Assembly (NCBI RefSeq): GCF_006345805.1
Contig: NC_043025.1
Span: forward strand, 2,418,001-2,482,000
Reading direction: 5' to 3'
Length of the DNA: 64,000 nucleotides
Source of the DNA: Octopus sinensis
Lineage: Eukaryota
Shown here one piece after another: positions 27,213 through 41,449 of this stretch. The position numbers and the translations under genes are program-made. Position 1 is the stretch's first letter; each line of letters begins with the position of its first letter. Below the pieces are notes generated by a model, which ran no database searches, was not told where the DNA came from, and worked only from the letters and a program-made list of their open reading frames with translations.

Positions 27213-30200
27213 TGTGTGTGTGAGAGAGAAAGAGAGTGAGAAAGAGAGATAGGGTGAATGAGTTAAGGTGTGTGTCATTGAGTTACTTTGGCTGGCACAG
27301 TGACTACGAAGCTTTTGAGGCGGCAGATGACTGGGGTGATTTGAAAGATGTGAAGAAGTGCCATCTTTTCAGAGGAGCGCTTCTTTGTAGGCAACATTTC
27401 TCGTTTTCCCTTCTGATGCACAAATGCCTAGACTTTGTTTGCTGCCAACATGGGAGCATCAAACAGAGAGTTCACCGTGGGAGAACACTTGTTCTGTGAG
27501 ATTTAAACCAACCATTTGCAATGATTGACCCTCTGCCTTATTTATTGTCATTGCAAAAGAGAGGTTGATAGGAAATTGAAACCGCTTAAATTTGTAGATC
27601 GTATCGGAGGGAGTGAGGGACATTGGGGTAATAAGAACATCTTGAACAGTGGCTGGTACATTCAAGATGGTTGCCTGCAGAACTCGGGAGTAAATATTTT
27701 TTATTATCATCCGCGTGCCGTTACACATTATTTGAGCATCCAGATTCCGCAGCAGCATGATGGGACGCCAACCTTGAGATGGAGTTCCAGAGGCGGAATT
27801 CCTGTGGGCGTTTGGGAATTAAGAAATTCTGTTATGAAAACGGTCATATCCTCCGGGTTTTCATGCGTGTCAATGGACTTGAAGGAGAGTTTTTCTCCAG
27901 GAAGCAGATCAAAAACTTTATTATTGATAGCGTCGACTGTTTTGTTGTGAGGCGCCAAAATTGCTATTCCTTGTAGGCAAGTTGTGTGAAGGCTTTGGCT
28001 TGCAATGTCAGGAAAAACTGCAGAAATCAAATCATCTTTAGTAGGCACGAAGTTACCAAATGGTAAATGGATGAAACCATCAGTATCACCAGCTACAGTT
28101 CCATTACTAACATCGAGAAGCTGCGCCGAGAATGTGGCCGCATTTTCGTCGCCAAACATTTGAACTCTCATGTTCGTAGTCAGGTGAAGTTTCTCGCTGT
28201 GGTGCCATAACTAGGATGATTTTATGGAAGCATTTACTTCGTTAGCTCTTGTCCGCCAGGGAATGACAGGTAGAGTTTGTCGGAAGTTGCCAGCAAGCAG
28301 AACAATCACTCCACCCATCACTCTCATATTGCGTCTCAGATCTTGAAGAGACCGCTCGAGCGCCTCAAATGCTGCCTTATAACACATGGCTTCCTCATCC
28401 CAAATGATAAGGCTGCACTCAGTGAGAAGATTCCCCATGGCTGAGCCGCGACTAACATTGCAAGTTGGATTTCCCTGTTTGGTCAAGTCTAGTGGTAATT
28501 TGAATGCTGAGTGTGCCGTACGACAGCCATGCAGTAGAGTTGCTGCGATGCCGCTGGATGCAACCGCTATAAGAATTCGGATTTTCTGACGAATTTTGGC
28601 GAGTAGGAGGTTCATGTGAAAAGTTTTTCCGGTTCTGCCGGGAGCATCCAAGAAAAAAATTCGTCCTTCGTTGGAATTGCCACTGGTGAGGAACCTATTG
28701 TATTCAATTCTCTGTACTTCCAAAAGTGTAGGCTCGTCCTGAGCAACCTGCACCACCATTTCCTGCGTGTTGTAGCTCATCTCTCGCATGTACTCAGCAG
28801 CTAAAGCAGTTGAAATATCCCGCGGAGACGGCCGACTGAAATCTGAGGACGCCAACTCCTCCCATAGCTTGCAGTCGCGATTGCAAATAAAGGAGGGCTG
28901 TGTTGTAGATGACGTTATTGAGGTCGAATCCAGCCGTTGGATCTTCGGCTTGAAGTCGTCGGAGATAATCTTCGGAAAAACTATCTTTAAATGTGTCCCA
29001 GAAATGAAGAGGGTTAGACACATTACTGAATAGCAAGATGAGACAAAATATTCGGCGCATTGCTTCTGGTGTCCTGCATTCAGAGGCCTCTTGCAATGCC
29101 GTGTTCCAGAGACCCTCATCCTCGAGTAGTCACCGTCGCAAGCAAGCTTCCCTGTAAGTGCAACACATTTGTCCTTCGAATGATCTGACGTGGGCAAATG
29201 ATGTTGGGTCTTTCATATGAAACAGAATCATCCGCAAAAAAGCACTCCTGATCCTTTGGGTGTACAGTGTGGACACGACCGATCATGTTTCCTTTGTAGA
29301 TTACCTAACCGACCTCATTGTCGATTCGCACACCCTGCCGCCGCCTTTCACATTTTTTGTTAGTCCAAGTGAAGTAAACACGTTGCCTATTTTCTAAGTG
29401 TACATCTAGGCCAAAAACAGATGCAGAGGACTGGTGAATATCCAAACCTAAAATGCGCCATGCCGCCATATTAGACGAAATATTGAAGGATTTCATCGTT
29501 GGCTGTCTCTTCATCCTGCACACCCAAAGCAGCCATGTCGCTGCCCTTGTTTACATGTTTGCATATGTACTTCATGCCTTTAATTGAGGTGCAAGATTCA
29601 ACGTTGATGTGGGCGTTGAAGTTTTTAAGGGAGACAGGGCTGTAGGGAACAACCATAATGTTGTTGAAGGCAATGTCTTTGCTCTTTATCCTCTTTGCGC
29701 CGAAATTCCTCCAATGTCAGGGGCACGTCGTCAGTAAATTGGGTAGCCATCAATACCAGTACATATAGCCCTGTTGAAAGCCCTGGGATGGTTATTTGAA
29801 CATCTATTTTTTTCATTACACGGAGAATTAGTATTCAAGACACCACAGGGCCCGTGTGTCATATGCGCCGACACTATTTGGAATACCTGCAAGTTGACAT
29901 TAGGGTCAGGCAGCTCTACACATAAAATCTTATCTATATCCGCAGGTCTGATTCTTTCTTGGCACCAAGTCAGTATATGGGCGTGTGGAAGACCCCGCTT
30001 TTGCCATTCTACTGTGTACATGCACGCGTTAAGTTTTCTGTAGACAGCATCATGTTTCAATAGCCACATAAATTTCTGCAATTTTCCATGGCCACTAAGT
30101 CGTGTCTGTCGCATGCAGCCTGGCCCTCGAATAAGTTTTCCGTTATCTCCCTCCAAGTTGAGTTGCACGTAAAGGTGATGAAGATGTCAGGTTCGCTAAA

Positions 30201-31740
30201 CTTACGGACATATGCCATGGCATCCTGTGTCCGCTGATGCATATACCGTCGAGACCCGGTATGGCTGGAAGTAAGTATCACCGGAAGGCCTATGTTTCTT
30301 GCATTAACATACAGCTGGACATGAACGGTAAGATATCGATCCACACGCAATCTGTTTTGATTTTAACGAATACAAAGAAGCCTTTCACCTTCAACCTTGG
30401 CAAACATGTCAACCAAGAATTGATTTGTGACTTCTTTGTACCGTAGTAGTTGTTCGAACATTTCTTCTCTGACCATAAGACGGAAGGCATAGAATTCCTT
30501 GCAGGAAACAGCCTTGGTTAATTCAGCACCCGTGATTGGATCAACATGGCGTTGGTGAAAGCTGTTGCCATCCTCTCCAAAGGGGAAACAGTAGGGGGTA
30601 CCGCAGGCAGTCGTATGACCGATAGGTTTCCGAAACAAAGGACAGTCGGCTTCCACCCATGACAAAAACTTAAGGAGAACCTCAAATACGCCAACTTTTC
30701 GACCAACCACAACGCCAGGTCTCCTAAACTCTGTCGTAGTTATCGTATCCAAACGGGTTTCATCACTGTCCGCATTAAGGAAATATTTGAAATGAACGGG
30801 ATAGCATAATATTTACTTCTCGACACAAATTATGCAATTCATATTCTAAGTACAAATAACAACAATCCCCCACCCACCTCTGTGTCATCCCCTAACTAAC
30901 TCCCTTGCACCCCAACTGATATCCTGCTACATATATCTATGCAGTAAACAACTTTTCATCTACCTTTACATTTCCTAAACTTTTTATGGTTTCATTTTTT
31001 AATTCCTAACCTGTTTTCCTTACAGACGCACACCATATACGCGCGTGTGAACTAATACGCACTCACATAATAATCTCAGATGAAAGCTACTACTACAACT
31101 ACTATCTCCCACTTCACTCGCCGTCCTTAGATTTTAAAGCCAAATTAGTTCTACCAACTCGACGAGCAAACCGTGGTCTATTATTTTACAACGTAAATAC
31201 ACTATCTTCCGCCTTCCTCTCCTTCAAACACCACTCTATCCACTTCAAATACTACACCTATATCTTCATCCTATAATTCTGTTTTAAATGGCTATATATA
31301 ATGCTACAATATGTTTACTTATCTATCCTACAACGGACCCGTGAATGACCCCGGAATACGTGCGTAAAGCCACTCGCCAGCCAATTTCCATATAAAACCT
31401 TGTCTTCGTACACTCCTTAATCAGTAACAAACGTTCTCATTCTTATACATAGGATTTCTGGTATTTTATTTGCATTTTCCTTCAGCACAACTGTTTTCCT
31501 CCCGAACTATTCTTTCATTGCATTTTGATCAAATTCCCAACAGGTTTACACGGGGATTCTAACGAGAATGTAAACTTCACATAATCACGATATCATTTGA
31601 CTGAATAGTAGCTTGTGGTATACCCCATGTTAGGATAATATGCTACTTTTGTGGTTCTCTTAGCTATGAAGTTTATGTAGCCTGTATTGTGTCTACGCTA
31701 TTCCCTACACACACATACGCATATATGTATATACTCTAGA
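26792..31740 (-). mobile_element. Helitron with degenerate Rep-Pif1 helicase ORF (coding remnant ~27459-30780)
   Basis: Rep motifs DIFITFTCN, EWQKRGLPHAHIL (HUH) and KYICKHVNKG; Pif1 motifs FLDAPGRTGKT, LIIWDE, QFPINLSFAMTINK and FSHGEL. 3' imperfect hairpin plus CTAG|T at 26792-26820. The candidate 5' A|TC at 31740 is tentative. Confidence 0.9.
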
Positions 31741-31744
31741 TTAA

Positions 31745-32982
31745 TATCCCTTCGTTGCGAGCGTATCCCACAACAGAATATTTTGGTACTTTTGGTACAG
31801 CATTCCCACATAAGTTACCTTTTCTACGTTCTGGTGAGGATTTTCCATTTTTTTCACCTCAAATTTGCAGATGATGGCAGGAAGCTCTTTAGAAATTGTT
31901 TTAATATGTGTTGATTTTTTTTCACATCCCCTATCCCAATCGGTACCGATTTTGGCCAATGCTTTTGAACGACGCATTTAAAAAAGTTTTTAATGAAAAA
32001 TTTGGGAATTCAGCGACCACCATTATAATCCACACTTTCTTTCTTTTCAAACGAAGTGAAACGTAATTTGAGAACAATGGCGACATCTTAAATAGTTTGT
32101 TCAATGTCCTCGCTTTTTCCTATACTGATGTTATTTTTCTGCAGCTTTTGCATTTTTTGTCCGATTCTGATGAAAATCGATGTGTGATCGAGGTTGACGG
32201 CAGTAAGTTGATCTCAGTATATGACGTTGAAAAATCACTAATTGCGCCAGGGCAGTAGCTTTCTAAAATCAATAGATGTTTAGAGTGCAAATACCAGTAG
32301 GGGCTTTGTTTTTGGCCGTAAATTTCATGTTTTTTATCCGATTTTAATGAAATTTGAGATATAGGTAAATGATTGGTGGGGGAGACGGAAAAGGTATTTA
32401 TTTAATTCAAAATGGCTTGAAATAGGCATAAATGCAAATAAGCATATTCTTAGACACATTCTTATCGATTTTATAGAAATTTTATACGTGATTATAGTTC
32501 ATGTGTATTAGTTGATGCCAGCATGAAGAGTTGACAAATAATCGATATCTGCGCGTGAGCAGAGGATTTTAAGAAATCAATAGGGTTTTTGCATGCAATC
32601 ACCCATAGGATTAATATTTTATACAGTAACTTTTACAGAATTCATCCGATTTTGATGAGCTTTCACTTTTAGGGAAAGTTTAATGTCGGAGACATGTAGA
32701 AGAATTAAAATTAAACAAGCGAGAAGCAAAAATCCTCAAATCATTCACAATAAAATAATGAACTGATTTTGAAGAAAATTTAAACCGTGAGCAAAATTAA
32801 GCACTTCGACGTATGAAACATCCGTTATTCATATAATGTACTAAGATTTAAATGTCAATGGGATATTTTCGTGTAAATGGTCACATGGAATCTGTTTTAT
32901 GATATAACCTTACCATTTTTCTTCGGATTTTGATGAGATTGGACACACTGATCAATTTTGTACCGCGAGTGGTATTAAGGGG
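31745..32982. mobile_element. Unclassified interspersed repeat, copy B (longest and more diverged)
   Basis: Homologous to 1297-2326 and 49795-50925; shares the right end ...attaaggg with copy C. Confidence 0.6.
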
Positions 32983-32999
32983 AGAGAGATAAAGAAACA

Positions 33000-33337
33000 T
33001 CGATCAAATCGACCTCAGAACATATTCTTTGTAAGCCTAGTACTTATTCTATCGGTTTCTTTTTCTGAACCGCTAAGACGTAAACACACCAGTATCGGTT
33101 GTCAGGCGATATTGGGAAGACAAACACAGACACACAAACATATACATACACACATACATATATATATATTTACATACGACAGGCTTCTTTCAGTTTCTGT
33201 CAATGAAATCTACTCACAAATCTTTGGTCGGCCTGAGGTTATAGCAGAAGACACTTGCCTAAGGTGCCACAAAGTGGGACTGAACCCGGAACCATGTGGT
33301 TCGTAAGCAAGATACTTACCACACAGCCACTCCTACG

Positions 33338-33341
<4 letters not shown>
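33000..33341 (-). mobile_element. tRNA-derived SINE
   Basis: Minus-strand head taggcgtaggagtggctgtgtggtaag...ccgggttcagtcccac (A/B boxes), a CA-rich middle, and the same body as 46480-46925. Confidence 0.8.
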
Positions 33342-33374
<33 letters not shown>

Positions 33375-33439
33375 AGAGAGACAAAGAGAGAGAGAAGAAA
33401 TAATTATTCATGCAATTAAAAGTTATACTGATGGTTTAA

Positions 33440-33990
33440 AGTGCAGATAATAAAGAGATGCGCTCAAACTGTCAAATTCTTAAAATACGTAAATGAAGAA
33501 TGCGAAAAAGTGTTGTATGAGCAACTTAAGAAAATTTTATTTGTAATAGAATGTCAAAAGTGAAATTTACGTTATCACAAACAGTAAACACATATCAATT
33601 ATTAGTCCTGAAGAATTATGCAAGTTCAGGTGAAGTTTCTGCTGATGAATATGTCTCGATTCACCTGAAAACTTATGTAATATTTAAGTGTTTTTAAAAG
33701 ATTTCACGTCTGGAGAGATGGAGCAGCATTAGCAGAGTAATTCTTTAATACATTAGCAGCACCCGTAGAAATTCCGCGGAAAATGCGAAATTTTTAGATG
33801 GTTGTAAGTTTATGTGGAGACATAAAAATTAGCGCTCCTTTAAAAATTGTATATTCTACATAATTGTCGTATTAAAACACCTTCAGTCCTTCTGGATAAG
33901 ACCCTCTGCTTCTCTTGGTGCCATTGCCCATTTGGTTTCATTCTTTCTGTTGTTCGCTTACATCGTCTCTCATCTTTGGTTTATAAACAA
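33440..33990 (-). mobile_element. Probable highly decayed Helitron N-terminal remnant
   Basis: Weak YNxxFAF-like signal near 33480-33525; lies in the same position relative to the duplicated flank as 18821-19350. Confidence 0.35.
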
Positions 33991-34449
33991 ATAACTTTTT
34001 TCAAGCGAGCAGACGATTGCGCTTATGCGCATGCTTTAAGTAATAGGTGGTATTAAAAAAATATATCAATTACAAACATTACACTCTTCACATACACTCA
34101 CCAACGCAACCTCCACCACCACCACTAACACCACCAACACATTCATCATCATCATCATCTCTCTCTCTTTCTCTCTCTTTCTCTGCCTTCCTTTAATCTC
34201 ACCATCAGAACATCGATCCTTTGCTACAATTCTGTTTCTCACTCTCCTCTATATCACTACCTTCAACTAACATTTTTAACCACGTAATAACTATTACGTT
34301 CCCCCTACCACACGTCATAGACGCTTCTCTTACCCTCTTTTTCTCTCCCTTCTTTTCTCTCTACCTGTTTTTCTCTGGCTCTTCACCTTACCCGCTTTTT
34401 CCCTCTACTCCATCTTTTCTCTCGCTCTTCGCATCACAGCATTAATCAC

Positions 34450-36860
34450 TTCAAGTTTTAATCAAATATTCAAATATTAAAGTGGAACGATTCATTCGAT
34501 CAGTCCCATTTGTCAACAAATTTGGAACGTTTTGACCATTTGAGAAATCCTAATGTAAAGCAAATAGCAATGTTTTGTTAATGTTATTCCTCAAACCTCG
34601 TAAATCTGAAGATGTGGAATAGCAAAGTCAATGTTCTGTTTAATAAGTTAGATATTTTCATCTTTCATAATTTAAGCGCGAATTGAATGAAATCTGAGAT
34701 AGATACCATGGACGTTCTGTTTAAGCTGCTACAGGCCAACATTTACAGGAATGATGAAGGGGTTGAAGTGTTTAGCACAGAGGTTAATACTGAAAACGAA
34801 CTGATGTTTAAGATCGAGGAGCAAAGGAATAGACGAGTGAGTCGGTAGTACCTGCTTGGTGGGGTCAAGAGCTCAGCCAACTCCTACAAGAATCTGTAGC
34901 ATGACAGTGACAGTGGCAAAACAAAGAGAAGAGATATCCTGCCTGCGAGATAGCTGTTAGAGTATGTCTGTTAGGGATAGAGTAAAATTTAGCCACGTCA
35001 CCCTTCTTTCGATGCAATCCCGGATGTGTATCACCCTTCCAGATGTAGAAAGATTTCTTCATTGTGTGTTTCACTTGAGCATTGTAAATGGTCTGAAGTT
35101 TTGGCTGCAAAGAGAAGGATTGGACTTTAAAATACCGTACTAGCTATGCAAAGGATCTACTTTCGCCAAGAAAGACCTTCACTGCTAATAATGCTCAATG
35201 AAGTGTAAGGTTTCAAGTAAGGTTGTGAGGGACACTTGTCTAATCTTCAGCCCATTACAAATGGCCGTGTTTCAACACCATGTCCACGGCTATGCTGTAT
35301 CCTTTCTCCGTCTCTAATGGCCTATTTCAATGGTAGTCTTAAACCACATATCTGTTCAAAACCGCCACCTAGTAATTTTAAGTGCCTTTAGTGAAGTCCA
35401 TATTGTCTTAAACATTCTTCAGTTGAAGAATACCATATTTTCTCCTTCCCTCTTGACTTGGTCATCCTGTGAATCGGTTTCAAGCCTGCTTTACTCCTAC
35501 TCGAAAGAAAATATGAAATCTGTCCTTATTCAACGGTATGAAAATATATATCCCCGTTCTTGGTGTATAAACAATTTAAACTTTATTCAAGACAATACTT
35601 TGGAAATATCGTAAGGCTAACGAAAGAACTGGAGACGAACTGGGAGTCCTTTGACACACAGAATCCGAAAATGATATCAATTTAATACGATCACATCAGA
35701 ATTTTAAGATACTGGATCCACAGAATGTCTTTGTTTTGTTTTTGAATAAACCAGCTTATGAAGAACGTACTAATATACATAGAAATTGCATTGTCTTCAA
35801 AACTAGGATTTTTTAAACTTCTACTGAAAAGCTAGCAAATATCTCTAAATTTCTACAGACAGTTTACTTTATTGTTCATGCCTATTTTTTCATGAATTTG
35901 TGTTTGAATGGTTTTCTTTAGTGCTGAACCTCAATAGCCCAGCATCGTAATTAATTTCAATCTGCCTTGATAAGAAGTGGATGTTGGATGATTTTCTCCA
36001 GCTGAACTAAAGTCTGTTCATTCACATTAAAATACCCTGGGACTAATGCTCGCTGCGGCCATTATTTCATTACCTGATGTTTACACCAGACCTTTAATAA
36101 AATAATCGATAAACCATAATAGACATTCGTACTACATTTCCCAATATATTTCCCCTTAAATATGAGGAAAATAGTGAAAATTGAGGGTTTGGGTATCTTG
36201 AAATCTAGACGTAATCCTAAAAAGTGGATTCCACATTTGAATTCAGCAAAATTATTTAACAGAGTGGTACTCTTCTATAACTTGTTGTTGTATATGAGTA
36301 TACCGTACGCGATAGAATAGGTAACAGCCTCTAAATATAGTGTTAGGTTTAGTGTTTGGGTATGCTCCATATGGATGAAACATTGCACTGGACCAAACAC
36401 GGATTGCACTTTGGCAAGGCATAGCACCCATACTTCATTCAATTTACGCATAGAGTTGAAGCCATAGGAAACAATATGACAGGCGTAGTCTTAGTTTGAA
36501 CTTCATTCATTCACCAACGGTAACATAGACATGATGCTCCATAGAGGAACCTCTGTCATGTCAGTGGACAGAACCGCCATGTTTCCAAACTGTATTACTA
36601 CTGACGTCTTCGGACCTATGAAACGTAGGTGTTATTAAGCTACCGAATTGCGTAAATAACTTATACTAAAATCAGTTCTTCATCTCGCATGGATAACCAA
36701 GGGGCACATTAAACTGTGGAACCTCTCACGGTGCAGCTTTCGGAAAACAATCTACAGACCTAAGCTGAAATCTCATCTGAAAGGGAGTGTCTCCAGGACC
36801 CCTGTTACAGTCCCCTTCAACTCCTTCATCTTGAGGAACAAATAAAAATCACAGGGCGGG
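34450..36860 (-). mobile_element. Probable very old L1-like LINE remnant
   Basis: Minus strand near 35070-35135 reads SNPSLCSQNFRPFTMLK, resembling the L1 RT motif ...CxxYRPISLLN; the remainder is too decayed to be sure. Confidence 0.4.
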
Positions 36861-36879
36861 ACATTTACATAATTTATTC

Positions 36880-39010
36880 ATAGAGGTTTTTTTCTAGGTT
36901 TCCTGTGTCTTTACTGTCCATTAGTAGGATCATCAAGGATCTGTGAATTGGACCTGTGGATCAGAGAGAGAGAATTTATTTGAATATATATATGTCTTAC
37001 AAACAACATGCACATGCAAGTGCTACCAGTTAAAAGCTCCGTATACCGGAAGCTAGCAAGTGTATGGGTCATCAGGAGAGAATGCGCGCCGTTTCGGGGC
37101 CTACCTCTCGACGGCATCCAATGCGCACCGGCCCCCATCACTGATATGAGGCCCCGCTTGCTAGATCAGCTGGTTATGAAGTTAAACTCAATATACTTCT
37201 AGCCATCGCTCATCGTCTCTTGTTAACCTAATCCAGTGGCTAGCCTTCTCCACTGTAGATTGGATATCAGTCATGGTGGTATTGACTTTACGATGAGTTA
37301 GGCCTAGCGATAACAGCAGTCGTCTCACGCTGTATCCAACAAACCCTCTACATCCGACTTCGCTAGGAAAATGTTCCACTTTCCAGCCTGCGTCTTCACA
37401 TTCCTCGAGGAGGTTTTCATAACGGCTCAATTTTCGAGCCCGAGCGGCGTCCACTCCGCATCATGCTTGCAAACAGTCTGAATTGATCTGCGCCAAAACC
37501 AAGTCCTTTCCGATGATTCTGCGTTGCTCCCACCATATCTCTGTGTATAAGAGAAGACAAAATGTCGTCAGTTTCTGCTTCTGCTTTCCACTTCCTGGCT
37601 GTGTTCATCTCTGGTGGGTTACGCCTGATTTCCATATCCTTCAATTCTCTCAGCATCATGACCGTCCGTATCTTCCCCAGCTTATATATTTCGACTATTG
37701 ATGCTATTGGCAGCTGCAACGAACCTCTTTTACGATAAAGAGCTGAGCTGTTCAACATACGAGGTAGGCCAAGCCGCTTTCTAATGAACACATTACATTT
37801 TTGCTCAATGCTTTCAACTCGTGACAATGCTACTTCGTATATTAAAAGTGGCCACGCAAGTCGCGAACTGCAAGCACCAAATTTTATATTTACCTGGTAA
37901 CTTCGAATTATCAATCGCTGATAACCCAGCCTCGATCTGTTTCATAATTTCAATCCCATGACTTCTGTCTGACAATGTTCCAGCGTATACTCGTCCCAAG
38001 CTCTTGACGGGCTCTTCCTTGACTGTTGGAATGCTTTCTTCAGATATCCGGAACTTAAATTCTTTCTGCACTCCCTTAACAAATGTCAGACTACGCGAGT
38101 TTTTTGCTCTAAATCGCATCCTTGACGCCCTTACAAGTTCGTCTAATCTCAAGAGGGCATTCTGCATGATTTGTTTATCTGTAGCTAGAAGTGACACGTC
38201 ATCCATGAAGGCTTTCTTAGGCGATTGAACATGGGCGATTTGTTCCGGAAAATCTACACCTTTCAAAACCAACTCCATGACCAAGATAAACAATGTGACA
38301 GATATTGTACAGCCAGCAGCAATGCCAACCTCTAAACTGTCATAGTACATCCTCATTATTTTGATCACTTTGTCAGGAATATGAATGTGGTTCATGGCTG
38401 TTATTAGTAATTCGTGTGGCACTGAACAATACGCGTTAGCTAGGTTGTGCCTTACCACGTTCAGACTTTACTTGTTCTGTTTGGCGTCCTGGATCGCTTT
38501 CCAAATCGAAAAACTGGATACCGGGGATTCCGGGGTTTCCGGCCTTTTGAACAGATTCATCAACATATCCGTTACACTGTAAATATGTCACTGTTCTCCT
38601 CGACGGAATTCCCATAAAAATCTTGCCTTCCACATTCAATAAGGATATCGGCCTAAACTGTTTTATGGTCTTTGCATTGGCCTCTTTCGGCAGGTATATT
38701 ACACCAATCCTCTGCCTTACACCAATCCTCTACTATAGTCTCCTTGCGCCACAGTTTTCGGAGTAGAACGAAGAGTTTCTTTCGCAGACGATTGCAGTAC
38801 TTGTAGGCTTTATATGAGACGCCATCACCTCCTGCGGCACACTTTGCTCTAGCTTTTCTTACGAAGTCATTCACCTCTCTCTCCCTGATGTCCCCAATCT
38901 GGAATTTGATGTCAGGTCCTGAGAGATGATTTAGCCCATGTAGAGGTGGCAGCGGCTGGTTACGGTGCGGATCGTTGTAGGTTTCCTTGATATGAGCATC
39001 CAATTCTTCT
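36880..39010 (-). mobile_element. RLE-type non-LTR retrotransposon (Hero-like), 5'-truncated, frameshifted and internally deleted
   Basis: RT motifs NVEGKIF, LANAYCSVPH, GIAAGCTIS and AFMDD; C-terminal RKLSRYENL...GWKVEHFPSEVGCRGF typical of Hero-clade RLE. Confidence 0.85.
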
Positions 39011-39527
39011 TTATATATACATGTACTTACACACACACACCCTAACATATACATATATAAATGTTTATAACAAATAACATTTTAATGAGAATATCTTCAA
39101 TTTATAAGTATATATGTATAGAGAGAGAGAGTGAGAGAGAAAGTGAAAGAGAGAAAGAAAGAAAGATAGAATGAAAGAAAGAAAGAGTGAGAGAGAGACA
39201 GAGAGAATTAAGAATTTGAATATACAAACTCAATCCCATTATTATCATTATTAGACTGTATATCTAGGTTGCCAAAAAATAAACTGTTACATCGGTTGGG
39301 ACCTAAAGGACATTCAGCGTAAAACCTACCATCTGAAGGATCCAGCCTATCCATTCGCTATCTGCTTTGATATTATATCCCTTCTCTTACATATATGTAT
39401 TAATAGTAGCGGTATACCAACAAAAGAATGAATGGGACCTCAGTATTATGTAAATAGAGGAATTTATCTGTAACATGTGAAACCCCATACGTCAAAATCT
39501 GTAATTCGGTTTTGGAATACATACAGA

Positions 39528-39568
<41 letters not shown>

Positions 39569-40479
39569 ACAGGCTTCTTTCAAACTGAAAATATTATCTC
39601 GCATTACAATACAGACGTAATACTGAAATAGTGTAAGAGATAAAAGATTGCTCTGGGCTCGCATTAGGCAAGAAGTTGGAAATTGTTTTGGCCCATGACA
39701 CTGCATGGACCTTGGCTTTTCTATTTGACATCTGTTGCTTTAAATATTTTATTTCGATTTTATGTATATATGTATGTATATATTTATGTTTGAGCCAATG
39801 AAGCAGACCTCTACAATTTAGCTAGGGGAAATAGCAGCCAAATCTCCCTCAAAACCCTACCCATTATGTAGTTTGAATGAGAAACTGTAACTAAAGGTTA
39901 ATGTTATTAACCCCAAAATGTTACCTGTTTTAATAGCAATCGATCTTTTCTCTTTCTTGCGTAGTTTTTCATGTCAGCTGCAAGAGTGAAGAGGGTTAAC
40001 TTGGACGGTGTAAAGTAGTGGAGATGTTTGTTTATTGTATGTGGTGGTTACTTTTGACTGTTTCTTCTCCATAAAGATGAATGATTGAAAACGAATCTTA
40101 ACACAATATATATACAACTTCAAGTGGAATCGGACATCATAAGAGAGACAGAGAGAGGAAAGAAGAGAGACGGCATATCGATGGTTTTGGCTGACTGTCA
40201 TCATGTACGCCACTTGTTGCTAGCTAAATGGTATGTGCTGGCTCTCTGAACAAGCTCGTTGCTTTTAATGGCGGAAAAACAGGACGAAAAGATTACAAAC
40301 ATAGCGATTCTTATTTTGAAACCAGCAATTTTGAAAATCTTTTTAGATTACGGAACGCCCTGCTCTCTCATGTGTCCATGTTTAAAATTACAGTGCGATC
40401 GGATAAAAAATACTCGAGTTATAAGCGCACAAACAGACAGAACGGATTTGATGTATTAGATATATATACATATATATTG

Positions 40480-40690
40480 TCAAGGGATGGTAGGGGACAA
40501 ACACAAGCTCAAAGGTGGTGGTCTCTTTGCGTCTCTGCAAATTAACGCTTCAGCAAAAGGGACTGATAGAATAAGTAGCAAACTTTATAAAAATAAGTAA
40601 TGAGTTCGATTTGTTCGAGTAATACTCTTTAATGTGATACTCCAGTATGGCCGCTGTCTACTGGCTAGAACAGGGAAGAGATAAAAGGTA
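40480..40690 (+). mobile_element. SINE 3' fragment
   Basis: ctgatagaataagta...tcgatttgttcga...ccagtatggccgc resembles the reverse complement of the SINE tail at 46490-46590. Confidence 0.55.
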
Positions 40691-40719
40691 GGTTCATCCG
40701 TACATACATATATACATGG

Positions 40720-41245
40720 TCCAACAACCGGATTACTATCTCCTAATTTGAAGGGTATCCGTTTGCAATCCAGGAACAGGAAATATCAACCAAATACCTG
40801 ATGCACAAAAGGGACAAAGATGCAGGCAAAACAGTAAAGCGTGACAGCCGATGCAGATTACGTGGCGGTAACACCGAAGATATCACCCATATTACAAGCA
40901 GTTGTCCGAAAATGTCATCTTGATTTTATCTACCGATGTGACATGATGTAGCTAGGACACTGTATAATGAAATCCGTCGGAAGGGTAATTCCAAAGATAA
41001 AGAAATAAAATTCCACAATATGGTGCAAGCTAAAACCGCTACCAATAAAATGGAGTGCTGCCGGAATGTCCCAGTGGAAATCCCAATGAAATATAAAAAC
41101 AATAGACCTGACATGGTGATTTGGGATTGAAGAGAGAAACTGTGTACACTTGTGGAAATCAGCTGCCCAGTGGATGTTAACATGAAGCTAAAGATCAACG
41201 AAAAAGAAAATACCTTCGTTGAACTATTGAGTAATCTGCAGGAAT
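40720..41245 (+). mobile_element. RLE non-LTR retrotransposon C-terminal fragment (R4/Dong-like)
   Basis: AIQEQEISTK, CRL...EDITHITSSCP (CCHC), NNRPDMVIWD and LVEISCP (PD-D/E nuclease), with stop codons. Confidence 0.75.
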
Positions 41246-41449
41246 TCTTCATTTCATCTTCATCCTATTGTTCTCCTCCTCTTCTTTTTCATCTGAATTG
41301 TTAGAATATTCAGTGATAATATCAATATCAACATTCTCATCCGCTTTCTCGTCATATTCATCCTCATCTCAACATTCAACATCGTATTTATGATCAACAT
41401 TATCGCTGTCATCATCATCATCATCATCTTCGTCAGCTTCAGCAGGTCA

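Noticed and set aside
27459-29197. Host PIF1 helicase gene
   Set aside because: It is intronless, frameshifted, fused to HUH Rep motifs and ends in a hairpin-CTAG, so it is a Helitron.
33800-33812. Other gtaagt donor sites (also ~3094, ~26753, ~32203) as additional LRR exons
   Set aside because: The upstream 72 nt show no acceptor-bounded LRR-like frame. This was a manual scan, so a diverged exon could have been missed.
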